Assembly (NCBI GenBank): GCA_053919585.1
Contig: CM132825.1
Reading direction: 5' to 3' (one strand)
DNA from: Euprymna scolopes
Lineage: Eukaryota
DNA length: 64,000 nt
Below are positions 35,301 to 50,300 of this stretch, piece by piece. A program made the translations under genes and the position numbers. Under the pieces are notes generated by a model. It saw only the letters and a list, made by a program, of their open reading frames with translations, was not told the origin of the DNA and made no database searches. How positions within the stretch are numbered: the stretch's first letter is position 1; the number at the start of each line of letters is the position of its first letter.

Positions 35301-38300
35301 GGCTTGTATTTGTGTACTCACTTAATCGGCTTTTATCTTTGTACTCACTTAATTGGGTTGTATTTTTGTACTCACTTAATTGGCTTTTATTTTTGTACGC
35401 ACTTAATTGGGTTGTATTTTTGTACTCACTTAATCGGCTTGTATTTTTGTACTCACTTAATCGGCTTTTATTTTTGTACTCACTTAATTGGGTTGTATTT
35501 TTGTACTCACTTAATTGGCTTTTATTTTTGTACTCACTTAATTGGGTTGTATTTTTGTACTCACTTAATCGGCTTGTATTTTTGTACTCACTTAATCGGC
35601 TTTTATCTTTGTACTCACTAAATTGGCTTGTATTTTTGTACTAACTTAATCGGCTTGTATTTTTGTACTCACTTAATTGGGTTGTATTTTTGTACTCACT
35701 TAATCGGCTTTTATTTTTGTACTCACTTAATTGGCTTTTATTTTTGTACTCACTTAATTGGCTTGTATTTTTGTACTCACTTAATCGGCTTTTATTTTTG
35801 TACTCACTTAATCGGCTTTTATCTTTGTACTCACTTAATTGGCTTTTATTTTTGTACTAACTTAATTGGCTTGTATTTTTGTACTCACTTAATTCGCTTG
35901 TATTTTTGTACTCACTTAATCGGCTTTTATTTTTGTACTCACTTAATTGGCTTGTTTTTTTGTACTCACTTAATCGGCTTGTATTTTTGTACTCACTTAA
36001 TTGGCTTGTATTTTTGTACTCACTTAATCGGCTTTTATTTTTGTACTCACTTAATCGGCTTGTATTTTTGTACTCACTTTATATGCTTGTATTTTTGTAC
36101 TCACTTAATCGGCTTTTATCTTTGTAGTTACTTAATTGGCTTTTATTTTTGTACTCACTTAATCGGCTTGTATTTTTGTACTCACTTAATCGGCTTGTAT
36201 TTTTGTACTCACTTAATTAGGTTGTATTTTTGTACTCATGTAATTGGCTTTTATTTTTGTACTCACTTAATTGGCTTGTATTTGTGTACTCACTTAATCG
36301 GCTTGTATTTTTGTACTCACTGTATCGGCTTTTATTTTTGTACTCATGTAATTGGCTTTTATTTTTGTACTCACTTAATCGGCTTGTATTTTTGTACTCA
36401 CTTAATCGGCTTGTATTTTTGTACTCACTTAATCGGCTTTTATTTTTGTACTAACTTAATTGGGTTGTATTTTTGTACTCACTTAATCGGCTTGTATTTT
36501 TGTACTACCTTAATCGGCTTTAATCTTTGTACTCACTTAATCGGCTTGTATTTTTGTACTCACTTAATCGGCTTGTATTTTTGTACTCACTTAATCGGCT
36601 TGTATTTTTGTACTCACTTAATCGGCTTGTATTTTTGTACTCACTTAAAAGGGTTGTATTTTTGTACTCACTTAATCGGCTTGTATTTTTGAACTCACTT
36701 AATCGGCTTTTATCTTTGTACTCACTTAATTGGCTTTTATTTTTGTACTCACTTAATTGGCTTGTATTTTTGTACTCACTTAATCGGCTTTTATTTTTGT
36801 ACTCACTTAATCGGCTTTTATTTTTGTACTCACTTAATTGGGTTGTATTTTTGTACTCACTTAATCGGCTTGTATTTGTGTACTCACTTAATTGGCTTGT
36901 ATTCTTGTGCTCACTTATATCGGCTTTTATCTTTGTACTCACTTAATTGACTTTTATTTTTGTACTCACTTAATCGGCTTGTATTTTTGTACTAACTTAA
37001 TCGGCTTGTATTTTTTTACTCACTTAATTAGGTTGTATTTTTGTACTCACTTAATCGGCTTTTGATTTTGTACTCACTTAATTGGGTTGTATTTTTGTAC
37101 TCACTTAATTGGCTTTTTTTTTTGTACTCACTTAATCGGCTTTTATTTTTGTACTCACTTAATCGGCTTTTGATTTTGTACTCACTTAATTTGGTTGTAT
37201 TTTTGTACTCAGTTTATCGGCTTTTATTTTTGTACTCACTTAATTGGCGTGTATTTTTGTATTCACTTAATCGGCTGTTATCTTTGTACTAACTTAATCG
37301 GCTTTTATTTTTGTACTCACGTAATCGGCTTTTATCTTTGTACTCACTTAATTGGCTTTTATTTTTGTACTCACTTAATTGGCTTTTATTTTTGTACTCA
37401 CTTAATCGGCTTTTATCTTTGTACTCACTTAATTGGCTTGTATTTTTGTACTCACTTAATTGGCTTGTATTTTTGTACTCACTAAATTGGCTTGTATTTT
37501 TGTACTCACTTAATGCGCTCTTATTTTGTACTGACTTAATTGGCTTTTATTTTTGTACTCACTTAATCGGCTTTTATCTTTGTACTCACTTAATCGGCTT
37601 TTATTTTTGTACTCACTTAATCGGCATTTATTTTTGTACTCACTTAATTGGGTTGTATTTGTGTACTCACTTAATCGGCTTTTATTTTTGTACTCACTTA
37701 ATCGGCTTGTATTTTTGTAGTCACTTAATAGGCTTTTATTTTTGTACTCACTTAATCGGCTTTTATTTTTGTACTCACTTAATCGGCTTGTATTTTTGTA
37801 CTCACTTAATCGGCTTGTATTTTAGTACTCACTTAATCGGCTTTTATTTTTGTACTCACTTAATTGGGTTGTATTTTTGTACTCACTTAATCGGCTTGTA
37901 TTTTTGTACTCACTTAATCGGCTTGCATTTTTGTACTCACTTAATCGGCTTTTATTTTTGTACTCACTTAATTGGGTTGTATTTTTGTACTCACTACATT
38001 GGCTTGTATTTTTGTACTCACTTAATCGGCTTTTATCTTTGTACTCACTTAATCGACTTTTATCTTTGTACTCACTTAATCGGCTTTTATTTTTGTACTC
38101 AATTAATTGGGCTGTATTTTTGTACTCACTTAATTGGGTTGTATTTTTGTACTCACTTAATCGGCTTTTATCTTTGTACTCTTTTAATTGGGTTGTATTT
38201 TTGTACTCAATTGGCTTGTATTTTTGTACTCACTTAATTGGCTTGTATCTTTGCACTCACTTAATTGGCTTTTATCTTTGTACTCACTTAATTGGCTTGT

Positions 38301-41300
38301 ATTTTTGTACTCACTTAATCGGCTTGTATCTTTGTACTCACTTAATGCGCTCGTATTTTGTCTTCACTTAATTGGCTTGTATGTTTGTACTCACTTAATC
38401 GGCTTGTATTTTTGTACTCACTTAATCGGCTTTTATTTTTGTACTCACTTAGTCGGCTTGTATTTTTGTACTCACTTAATCGGCTTTTATTTTTGTACTC
38501 ACTAAATTGGCTTGTATTTTTGTAATCACTTAATTGGCTTGTATTTTTGTACTCACTTACTCGGCTTGTATTTTTGTACTCACTTGATTGGCTTTTATTG
38601 TTGTACTCACTTAATTGGGTTGTATTTTTGTACTCACTTAATCGGCTTGTATTTTTGTACTCACTTAATCGGCTTGTATTTTTGTACTCACTTACTCGGC
38701 TTGTATTTTTGTACTCACTTAATCGGCTTTTATTTTTGTACTCACTTAATTGGGTTGTATTTTTGTACTCACTTGGCTGGTATTTTTGTACTCACTTAAT
38801 CGGCTTGTATTTTTGTACTCACTTAATCGGCTTTTATTTTTGTACTCACTTAATCGGCTTTTATTTTTGTACTCACTTAATTGGCTTGTATTTTTGTACT
38901 CACTTAATTGGCTTTTATTTTTGTACTCACTTACTCGGCTTGTATTTTTGTACTCACTTGATTGGCTTTTATTGTTGTACTCACTTAATTGGGTTGTATT
39001 TTTGTACTCACTTAATCGGCTTGTATTTTTGTACTCACTTAATCGGCTTGTATTTTTGTACTCACTTACTCGGCTTGTATTTTTGTACTCACTTAATCGG
39101 CTTTTATTTTTGTACTCACTTAATTGGGTTGTATTTTTGTACTCACTTAATTGGCTTTTGTTTTTGTACTCACTTAATCGGCTTTTATCTTTGTACTCAC
39201 TTAATTGGCTTTTATTTTTTACTCACTTAATTGGCTTGTATTTTTGTACTCACTTAATCGGCTTTTATCTTTGTACTCACTTAATCGGCTTTTATCTTTG
39301 TACTCACTTAATCGGCTTTTATTTTTGTACTCACTTAATTGGGCTGTATTTTTGTACTCACTTAATCGGCTTGTATTTTTGTACTCACTTAATCGGCTTT
39401 TATTTTTGTACTCACTTAATTGGGTTGTATGTTTGTACTCACTTAATCGGCTTTTATCTTTGTACTCACTTAATTGGGTTGTATTTTTGTACTCAATTGG
39501 CTTGTATTTTTGTACTCACTTAATTGGCTTGTATCTTTGCACTCACTTAATTGGCTTTTATTTTTGTACTCACTTAATTGGCTTGTATTTTTGTACTCAC
39601 TTAATCGGCTTGTATCTTTGTACTCACTTTATGCGCTCGTATTTTGTATTCACTTAATTGGGTTGTATTTTTGTACTCACTTAATCTGCTTGTATTTTTG
39701 TACTCACTTAATCGGCTTTTATTTTTGTACTCACTTAATCGGCTTGTATTTTTGTACTCACTTAATCCGCTTTTATTGTTGTACTTACTTAATTGGCTTG
39801 TATTTTTGTACTCACTTAATTGGGTTGTATTTTTGTACTTACTTAATTGGGTTGTATTTTTGTACTCACTTAATTGGGTTGTATTTTTGTCCTCACTTAA
39901 TCGGCTTGTATTTTTGTACTCACTTAATCGGCTTGTATTTTTGTACTCACTTAATCCGCTTTTATTGTTGTACTTACTTAATTGGGTTGTATTTTTGTAC
40001 TCACTTAATTGGGTTGTATTTTTGTACTTACTTAATTGGCTTGTATTTTTGTACTCACTTAATTGGGTTGTATTTTTGTCCTCACTTAATCGGCTTGTAT
40101 TTTTGTACTCACTTAATCGGCTTTTATTTTTGTACTCACTTAATCGGCTTTTATTTTTGTACTCACTTAATTGGGTTGTATTTTTTACTCACTTGGCTGG
40201 TATTTTTGTACTCACTTAATCGGCTTGTATTTTTGTACTCACTTAATCGGCTTTTATTTCTGTACTTACTTAATTGGCTTGTATTTTTGTACTCACTTAA
40301 TTCGCTTGTATTTTTGTACTCACTTAATTGGCTTTTATTTTTGTACTCACTTACTCGGCTTGTATTTTTCTACTCACTTGATTGGCTTTTATTTTTGTAC
40401 TCACTTAATTGGGTTGTATTTTTGTACTCACTTAATCGGCTTGTATTTTTGTACTCACTTAATCGGCTTGTATTTTTGTACTCACTTACTCGGCTTGTAT
40501 TTTTGTACTCACTTAATCGGCTTTTATTTTTGTACTCACTAAATTGGGTTGTATTTTTGTACTCACTTAATTGGCTTTTATTTTTGTACTCACTTAATCC
40601 GCTTTTATCTTTGTACTCACTTAATTGGCTTTTATTTTTGTACTAACTTAATTGGCTTGTATTTTTATACTCACTAAATTGGCTTGTATTTTTGTACTCA
40701 CTTAATGCGCTCGTATTTTGTACTCACTTAATTGGCTTTTATTTTTGTACTCACTTAATCGGCTTTTATCTTTGTACTCACTTAATCGGCTTTTATTTTT
40801 GTACTCACTTAATCGGCTTTTATTTTTGTACTCACTTAATCGGCTTGTATTTTTGTACTCACTTAATTAGGTTGTATTTTTGTACTCACTTAATCGGCTT
40901 TTGATTTTGTACTCACTTAATTGGGTTGTATTTTTGTACTCACTTAATCGGCTTTTATTTTTGTACGCACTTAATTGGGTTGTATTTTTGTACTCACTTA
41001 ATCGGCTTGTATTTTTGTACTCACTTAATCGGCTTTTATCTTTGTACTCACTTAATTGGGTTGTATTTTTATACTCACTTAATTGGCTTTTATTTTTGTA
41101 CGCACTTAATTGGGTTGTATTTTTGTACTCACTTAATCGGCTTTTATTTTTGTACTCACTTTATTGGCTTGTATTTTTGTACTCACTTAATTGGCTTGTA
41201 TTTTTGTACTCACTTAATCGGCTTGTATTTTTGTACTCACTTAATTGGCTTTTATTTTTGTACTCACTTAATCGGCTTTTATCTTTGTACTCACTTAATT

Positions 41301-44300
41301 GGCTTTTATTTTTGTACTAACTTAATTGGCTTGTATTTTTGTACTCACTTAATTCGCTTGTATTTTTGTACTCACTTAATCGGCTTTTATTTTTGTACTC
41401 ACTTAATTGGGTTGTATTTTTGTACTCATTTAATCGGCTTGTATTTTTGTACTCACTTAATTGGCTTGTATTTTTGTACTCACTTAATCGGCTTTTATCT
41501 TTGTACTCACTTAATTGGCTTTTATTTTTTACTCACTTAATTGGCTTGTATTTTTGTACTCACTTAATCGGCTTTTATCTTTGTACTCACTTAATCGACT
41601 TTTATATTTGTACTCACTTAATCGGCTTTTATTTTTGTACTCACTTAATTGGGCTGTATTTTTGTACTCACTTAATCGGCTTGTATTTTTGTACTCACTT
41701 AATCGGCTTTTATTTTTGTACTCACTTAATTGGGTTGTATTTTTGTACTCACTTAGTCGGCTTTTATCTTTGTACTCACTTAATTGGGTTGTATTTTTGT
41801 ACTCAATTGGCTTGTATTTTTGTACTCACTTAATTGGCTTGTATTTTTGTACTCAATTGGCTTGTATCTTTGTACTCACTTTATGCGCTCGTATTTTGTA
41901 TTCACTTAATTGGGTTGTATTTTTGTACTCACTTAATCGGCTTGTATTTTTGTACTTACTTAATCGGCTTTTATTTTTGTACTCACGTAATCGTCTTGTA
42001 TTTTTGTACTCACTTAATCCGCTTTTATTGTTGTACTTACTTAATTGGCTTGTATTTTTGTACTCACTTAATTGGGTTGTATTTTTGTACTTACTTAATT
42101 GGGTTGTATTTTTGTACTCACTTAATTGGGTTGTATTTTTGTCCTCACTTAATCGGCTTTTTTTTTGTACTCACTTAATCGGCTTGTATTTTTGTACTCA
42201 CTTAATCCGCTTTTATTGTTGTACTTACTTAATTGGGTTGTATTTTTGTACTCACTTAATTGGGTTGTATTTTTGTACTTACTTAATTGGCTTGTATTTT
42301 TGTACTCACTTAATTGGGTTGTATTTTTGTCCTCACTTAATCGGCTTGTATTTTTGTACTCACTTAATCGGCTTTTATTTTTGTACTCACTTAATCGGCT
42401 TTTATTTTTGTACTCACTTAATTGGGTTGTATTTTTTACTCACTTGGATGGTATTTTTGTACTCACTTTATCGGCTTGTATTTTTGTACTCACTTAATCG
42501 GCTTTTATTTCTGTACTTACTTAATTGGCTTGTATTTTTGTACTCACTTAATTCGCTTGTATTTTTATACTCACTTAATTGGCTTTTATTTTTGTACTCA
42601 CTTACTCGGCTTGTATTTTTGTACTCACTTGATTGGCTTTAATTTTTGTACTCACTTAATTGGGTTGTATTTTTGTACTCACTTAATCGGCTTGTATTTT
42701 TGTACTCACTTACTCGGCTTGTATTTTTGTACTCACTTAATCGGCTTTTATTTTTGTACTCACTTAATTGGGTTGTATTTTTGTACTCACTTAATTGGCT
42801 TTTATTTTTGTACTCACTTAATCGGCTTTTATCTTTGTACTCACTTAATTGGCTTTTATTTTTGTACTAACTTAATTGGCTTGTATTTTTATACTCACTA
42901 AATTGGCTTGTATTTTTGTACTCACTTAATGCGCTCGTATTTTGTACTCACTTAATTGGCTTTTATTTTTGTACTCACTTAATCGGCTTTTATCTTTGTA
43001 CTCACTTAATCGGCTTTTATTTTTGTACTCACTTAATCGGCTTTTATTTTTGTACTCACTTAATCGGCTTGTATTTTTGTACTCACTTAATTAGGTTGTA
43101 TTTTTGTACTCACTTAATCGGCTTTTGATTTTGTACTCACTTAATTGGGTTGTATTTTTGTACTCACTTAATCGGCTTTTATTTTTGTACGCACTTAATT
43201 GGGTTGTATTTTTGTACTCACTTAATCGGCTTGTATTTTTGTACTCACTTAATCGGCTTTTATCTTTGTACCCACTTAATTGGGTTGTATTTTTGTACTC
43301 ACTTAATTGGCTTTTATTTTTGTACGCACTTAATTAGGTTGTATTTTTGTACTCACTTAATCGGCTTGTATTTTTGTACTCACTTAATTGGCTTTTATTT
43401 TTGTACTCACTTAATTGGCTTGTATTTTTGTACTCACTTAATCGGCTTTTATTTTTGTACTCACTTAATCGGCTTTTATCTTTGTACTCACTAAATAGGC
43501 TTTTATTTTTGTACTAACTTAATTGGCTTGTATTTTTGTACTCACTTAATTCGCTTGTATTTTTGTACTCACTTAATCGGCTTTTATTTTTGTACTCACT
43601 TAATTGGGTTGTATTTTTGTACTCACTTAATTAGGGTGTATTTTTGTACTCACTTAATCGGCTTTTGATTTTGAACTCACTTAATTGGGTTGTATTTTTG
43701 TACTCACTTAATCGGCTTTTATTTTTGTACGCACTTAATCGGCTTGTATTTTTGTACTCACTTAATCGGCTTGTATTTTTGTACTCACTTAATCGGCTTG
43801 TATTTTTGTACTCACTTAATCGGCTTGTATTTTTGTACTCACTTAATCGGCTTTTATTTTTGTACTCACTTAATTGGGTTGTATTTTTGTACTAACTTAA
43901 TAGGCTTGTATTTTTGTACTCCCTTAATCGGCTTTTATCTTTGTACTCACTTAATCGGCTTGTATTTTTGTACTAACTTAATCGGCTTGTATTTTTGTAC
44001 TCACTTAATCGGCTTGTATTTTTGTACTCACTTAATCGGCTTGTATTTTTGTACTCACTTAATTGGGTTGTATTTTTGTACTCACTTAATCGGCTTTTAT
44101 CTTTGTACTCACTTAATTGGGTTGTATTTTTGTACTCACTTAATCGGCTTGTATTTTTGTAACTCACTTAATCGGCTTTTATCTTTGTACTCACTTAATT
44201 GGCTTTTATTTTTGTACTCACTTAATTGGCTTGTATTTTTGTACTCACTTAATCGGCTTTTATTTTTGTACTCACTTAATCGGCTTTTATTTTTGTACTC

Positions 44301-47300
44301 ACTTAATTGGCTTTTATCTTTGTACTCACTTAATTGGCTTTTATTTTTGTACTCACTTAATTGGTTTGTATTTTTGTACTCACTTAATTCGCTTGTATTT
44401 TTGTACTCACTTAATCGGCTTTTATTTTTGTACTCACTTAATTGGGTTGTATTTTTGTACTCACTTAATCGGCTTGTATTTTTGTACTCACTTAATTGGC
44501 TTGTATTCTTGTGCTCACTTAATCTGCTTTTATCTTTGTACTCACTTAATTGACTTTTATTTTTGTACTCACTTAATCGGCTTGTATTTTTGTACTCACT
44601 TAATCGGCTTGTATTTTAGTACTCACTTAATCGGCTTTTATTTTTGTACTCACTTAATTGGGTTGTATTTTTGTACTAACTTAATCGGCTTGTATTTTAG
44701 TACTCACTTAATCGGCTTTTATTTTTGTACTCACTTAATTGGGTTGTATTTTTGTACTCACTTAATCGGCTTGTATTTTTGTACTCACTTAATCGGCTTG
44801 CATTTTTGTACTCACTTAATCGGCTTTTATTTTTGTACTCACTTAATTGGGTTGTATTTTTGTACTCACTACATTGGCTTGTATTTTTGTACTCACTTAA
44901 TCGGCTTTTATCTTTGTACTCACTTAATTGGCTTTTTTTTGTACTCACTTAATTGGCTTGTATTTTTGTACACTCTTAATCGGCTTTTATCTTTGTACTC
45001 ACTTAATTGGCTTTTATTTTTGTACTCACTTAATCGGCTTTTATCTTTGTACTCACTAAATTGGCTTGTATTTTTGTACTCACTTAATGCGCTCGTATTT
45101 TTTACTCACTTAATTGGCTTGTATTTTTGTACTCACTTAATCGGCTTTTATCTTTGTACTCACTTAATCGACTTTTATTTTTGTACTCACTTAATCGGCT
45201 TTTATTTTTGTACTCACTTAATTGGGCTGTATTTTTGTACTCACTTAATCGGCTTGTATTTTTGTACTCACTTAATCGGCTTTTATTTTTGTACTCACTT
45301 CATTGCGTTGTATTTTTGTACTCACTTAATCGGCTTTTATCTTTGTACTCACTTAATTGGGTTGTATTTTTGTACTCAATTGGCTTGTATTTTTGTACTC
45401 ACTTAATTGGCTTGTATCTTTGCACTCACTTAATTGGCTTTTATTTTTGTACTCACTTAATTTGCTTGTATTTTTGTACTCACTTAATCGGCTTGTATCT
45501 TTGTACTCACTTAATGCGCTCGTATTTTGTATTCACTTAATTGGCTTGTATGTTTGTACTCACTTAATCGGCTTGTATTTTTGTACTCACTAAATCGGCT
45601 TTTATTTTTGTACTCACTTAGTCGGCTTGTATTTTTGTACTCACTTAATCGGCTTTTATTTTTGTACTCACTTAATTGGCTTGTATTTTTGTACTCACTT
45701 AATTGGCTTGTATTTTTGTACTCACTTAATTGGATTGTATTTTTGTCCTCACTTAATCGGCTTGTATTTTTGTACTCACTTAATCGGCTTGTATTTTTGT
45801 ACTCACTTAATCGGCTTTTATTTTTGTACTCACTTAATTGGGTTGTATTTTTGTACTTACTTAATTGGCTTGTATTTTTGTACTCACTTAATCGGCTTTT
45901 ATCTTTGTACTCACTTAATTGGCTTTTATTTTTTACTCACTTAATTGGCTTGTATTTTTGTACTCATTTAATCGGCTTTTATCTTTGTACTCACTTAATC
46001 GACTTTTATCTTTGTACTCACTTAATCGGCTTTTATTTTTGTACTGACTTAATTGGCCTGTATTTTTGTACTCACTTAATCGGCTTGTATTTTTGTACTC
46101 ACTTAATCGGCTTTTATTTTTGTACTCACTTCATTGGGTTGTATTTTTGTACTCACTTAATCGGCTTTTATCTTTGTACTCACTTAATTGGGTTGTATTT
46201 TTGTACTCAATTGGCTTGTATTTTTGTACTCACTTAATTGGCTTGTATCTTTGCACTCACTTAATTGGCTTTTATTTTTGTACTCACTTAATTGGCTTGT
46301 ATTTTTGTACTCACTTAATCGGCTTGTATCTTTGTACTCACTTAATGCGCTCGTATTTTGTATTCACTTAATTGGCTTGTATTTTTGTACTCACTTAATT
46401 GGGTTGTATTTTTGTCCTCACTTAATCGGCTTGTATTTTTGTACTCACTTAATCGGCTTTTATTTTTGTACTCACTTAATCGGCTTTTATTTTTGTACTC
46501 ACTTAATTGGGTTGTATTTTTGTACTCACTTTGCTGGTATTTTTGTACTCACTCAATCGGCTTGTATTTTTGTACTCACTTAATCGGCTTTTATTTTTGT
46601 ACTCACTTAATTGGCTTGTATTTTTGTACTCACTTAATTCGCTTGTATCTTTGTACTCACTTAATTGGCTTTTATTTTTGTACTCACTTACTCGGCTTGT
46701 ATTTTTGTACTCACTTGATTGGCTTTTATTTTTGTACTCACTTAATTGGGTTGTATTTTTGTACTCACTTAATCGGCTTGTATTTTGTTACTCACTTAAT
46801 CGGCTTGTATTTTTGTACTCACTTACTCGGCTTGTATTTTTGTACTCACTTAATCGGCTTTTATTTTTGTACTCACTTAATTGGGTTGTATTTTTGTACT
46901 CACTTAATTGGCTTGTATTTTTGTACTCACTTAATCGGCTTGTATTTTTGTACTCACTTAATCGGCTTTTATTTTTGTACTCACTTTATCGGCTTGTATT
47001 TTTGTACTCACTTAATCCGCTTTTATTGTTGTACTTACTTAATTGGCTTGTATTTTTGTACTCACTTAATTGGGTTGTATTTTTGTACTTACTTAATTGG
47101 GTTGTATTTTTGTACTCACTTAATTGGGTTGTATTTTTGTCCTCACTTAATCGGCTTTTATTTTTGTACTCACTTAATCGGCTTGTATTTTTGTACTCAC
47201 TTAATCCGCTTTTATTTCTGTACTTACTTAATTGGCTTGTATTTTTGTACTCACTTAATTCGCTTGTATTTTTGTACTCACTTAATTGGCTTTTATTTTT

Positions 47301-50300
47301 GTACTCACTTACTCGGCTTGTATTTTTGTACTCACTTGATTGGCTTTTATTTTTGTACTCACTTAATTGGGTTGTATTTTTGTACTCACTTAATCGGCTT
47401 GTATTTTTGTACTCACTTAATCGGCTTGTATTTTTGTACTCACTTACTCGGCTTGTATTTTTGTACTCACTTAATCGGCTTTTATTTTTGTACTCACTTA
47501 ATTGGGTTGTATTTTTGTACTCACTTAATTGGCTTTTATTTTTGTACTAACTTAATCGGCTTTTATCTTTGTACTCACTTAATTGGCTTTTATTTTTGTA
47601 CTCACTTAATTGGCTTGTATTTTTGTACTCACTTAATTGGCTTGTATTTTTGTACTCACTTAATCGGCTTGTATTTTTGTACTCACTTACTCGGCTTTTA
47701 TTTTTGTACTCACTTAATCGGCTTGTATTTTTGTACTCACTTAATCGGCTTGTATTTTTGTACTCACTTACTCGGCTTGTATTTTTGTACTCACTTAATC
47801 GGCTTTTATTTTTGTACTCACTTAATTGGGTTGTATTTTTTTACTCACTTAATTTGCTTTTATTTTTGTACTCACTTAATCGGCTTTTATCTTTGTACTC
47901 ACTTAATTGGCTTTTATTTTTGTACTAACTTAATTGGCTTGTATTTTTGTACTCACTTAATTGGCTTGTATTTTTGTACTCACTTAATGCGCTCGTATTT
48001 TGTACTCTCTTAATTGGCTTTTATTTTTGTACTAATTTAATCGGCTTTTATCTTTGTACTCACTTAATCGGCTTTTATTTTTGTACTCACTTAATCGGCT
48101 TTTATTTTTGTACTAACTTAATTGGCTTGTATTTTTGTACTCACTTAATTCGTTTGTATTTTTGTACTCACTTAATCGGCTTTTATTTTTGTACTCACTT
48201 AATTGGGTTGTATTTTTGTACTCACTTAATCGGCTTGTATTTTTGTACTCACTTAATTGGCTTGTATTTTTGTACTCACTTAATCGGCTTTTATCTTTGT
48301 ACTCACTTAATTGGCTTTTATTTTTGTACTCACTTTATCGGCTTGTATTTTTGTACTTACTTAATCGGCTTGTATTTTTGTACTCACTTGATTAGGTTGT
48401 ATTTTTGTACTCACTTAATCGGCTTTTGATTTTGTACTCACTTAATTGGGTTGTATTTTTGTACTCACTTAATCGGCTTTTATTTTTGTACGCACTTAAT
48501 CGGCTTGTATTTTTGTACTCACTTAATCGGCTTGTATTTTTGTACTCACTTAATCGGCTTGTATTTTTGTACTCACTTAATCGGCTTGTATTTTTGTACT
48601 CACTTAATCGGCTTTTATTTTTGTACTCACTTAATTGGGTTGTATTTTTGTACTCACTTAATCGGCTTGTATTTTTGTACTCCCTTAATCGGCTTTTATC
48701 TTTGTACTCACTTAATCGGCTTGTATTTTTGTACTCACTTAATCGGCTTGTATTTTTGTACTCACTTAATCGGCTTGTATTTTTGTACTCACTTAATCGG
48801 CTTGTATTTTTGTACTCACTTAATTGGGTTGTATTTTTGTACTCACTTAATCGGCTTTTATTTTTGTACTCACTTAATTGGCTTGTATTTTTGTACTCAC
48901 TTAATCGGCTTGTATTTTTGAACTCACTTAATCGGCTTTTATCTTTGTACTCACTTAATTGGCTTTTATTTTTGTACTCACCTTATTGGCTTGTATTTTT
49001 GTACTAACTTAATCGGCTTTTATTTTTGTACTCACTTAATCGGCTTTTATTTTTGTACTCACTTAATTGGCTTTTATCTTTGTACTCACTTAATTGGCTT
49101 TTATTTTTGTACTCACTTAATTGGCTTGTATTTTTGTACTCACTTAATTCGCTTGTATTTTTGTACTCACTTAATCGGCTTTTATTTTTGTACTCACTTA
49201 ATTGGCTTTTATTTTTGTACTCACTTAATCGGCTTGTATTTTTGTACTCACTTAATTGGCTTGTATTCTTGTGCTCACTTAATCGGCTTTTATCTTTGTA
49301 CTCACTTAATTGACTTTTATTTTTGTACTCATTTAATCGGCTTCTATTTTTGTACTCACTTAATCGGCTAGTATTTTTGTACTCACTTAATTAGGTTGTA
49401 TTTTTGTACTCACTTAATCGGCTTTTGATTTTGTACTCACTTAATTGGGTTGTATTTTTGTACTCACTTAATCGGCTTGTATTTTTGTACTCACTTAATC
49501 GGCTTTTATTTTTGTACTCACTTAATCGGCTTTTGATTTTGTACTCACTTAATTGGGTTGTATTTTTGTACTCACTTTATCGGCTTTTATTTTTGTACTC
49601 ACTTAATTGGCGTGTATTTTTGTACTCACTTAATCGGCTTTTATCTTTGTACTCACTTAATCGGCTTTTATTTTAGTACTCACGTAATCGGCTTTTATCT
49701 TTGTACTCACTTAATTGGCTTTTATTTTTGTACTCACTGAATTGGCTTTAATTTTTGTACTCACTTAATCGGCTTTTATCTTTGTACTCACTTAATTGGC
49801 TTGTATTTTTGTACTCACTTAATTGGCTTGTATTTTTGTACTCACTAAATTGGCTTGTATTTTAGTAATCACTTAATGCGCTCTTATTTTGTACTCACTT
49901 AATTGGCTTTTGTTTTTTTACTCACTTAATCGGCTTTTATCTTTGTACTCACTTAATCGGCTTTTATTTTTGTACTCACTTAATCGGCATTTATTTTTGT
50001 ACTCACTTAATTGGGTTGTATTTGTGTACTCACTTAATCGGCTTGTATTTTTGTACTCACTTAATCGGCTTGTATTTTTGTAGTCACTTAATTGGCTTTT
50101 ATTTTTGTACTCACTTAATCGGCTTTTATTTTTGTACTCACTTAATCGGCTTGTATTTTTGTACTCACTTAATCGGCTTGTATTTTAGTACTCACTTAAT
50201 CGGCTTTTATTTTTGTACTCACTTAATTGGGTTGTATTTTTGTACTCACTTAATCGGCTTGTATTTTTGTACTCACTTAATCGGCTTGCATTTTTGTACT

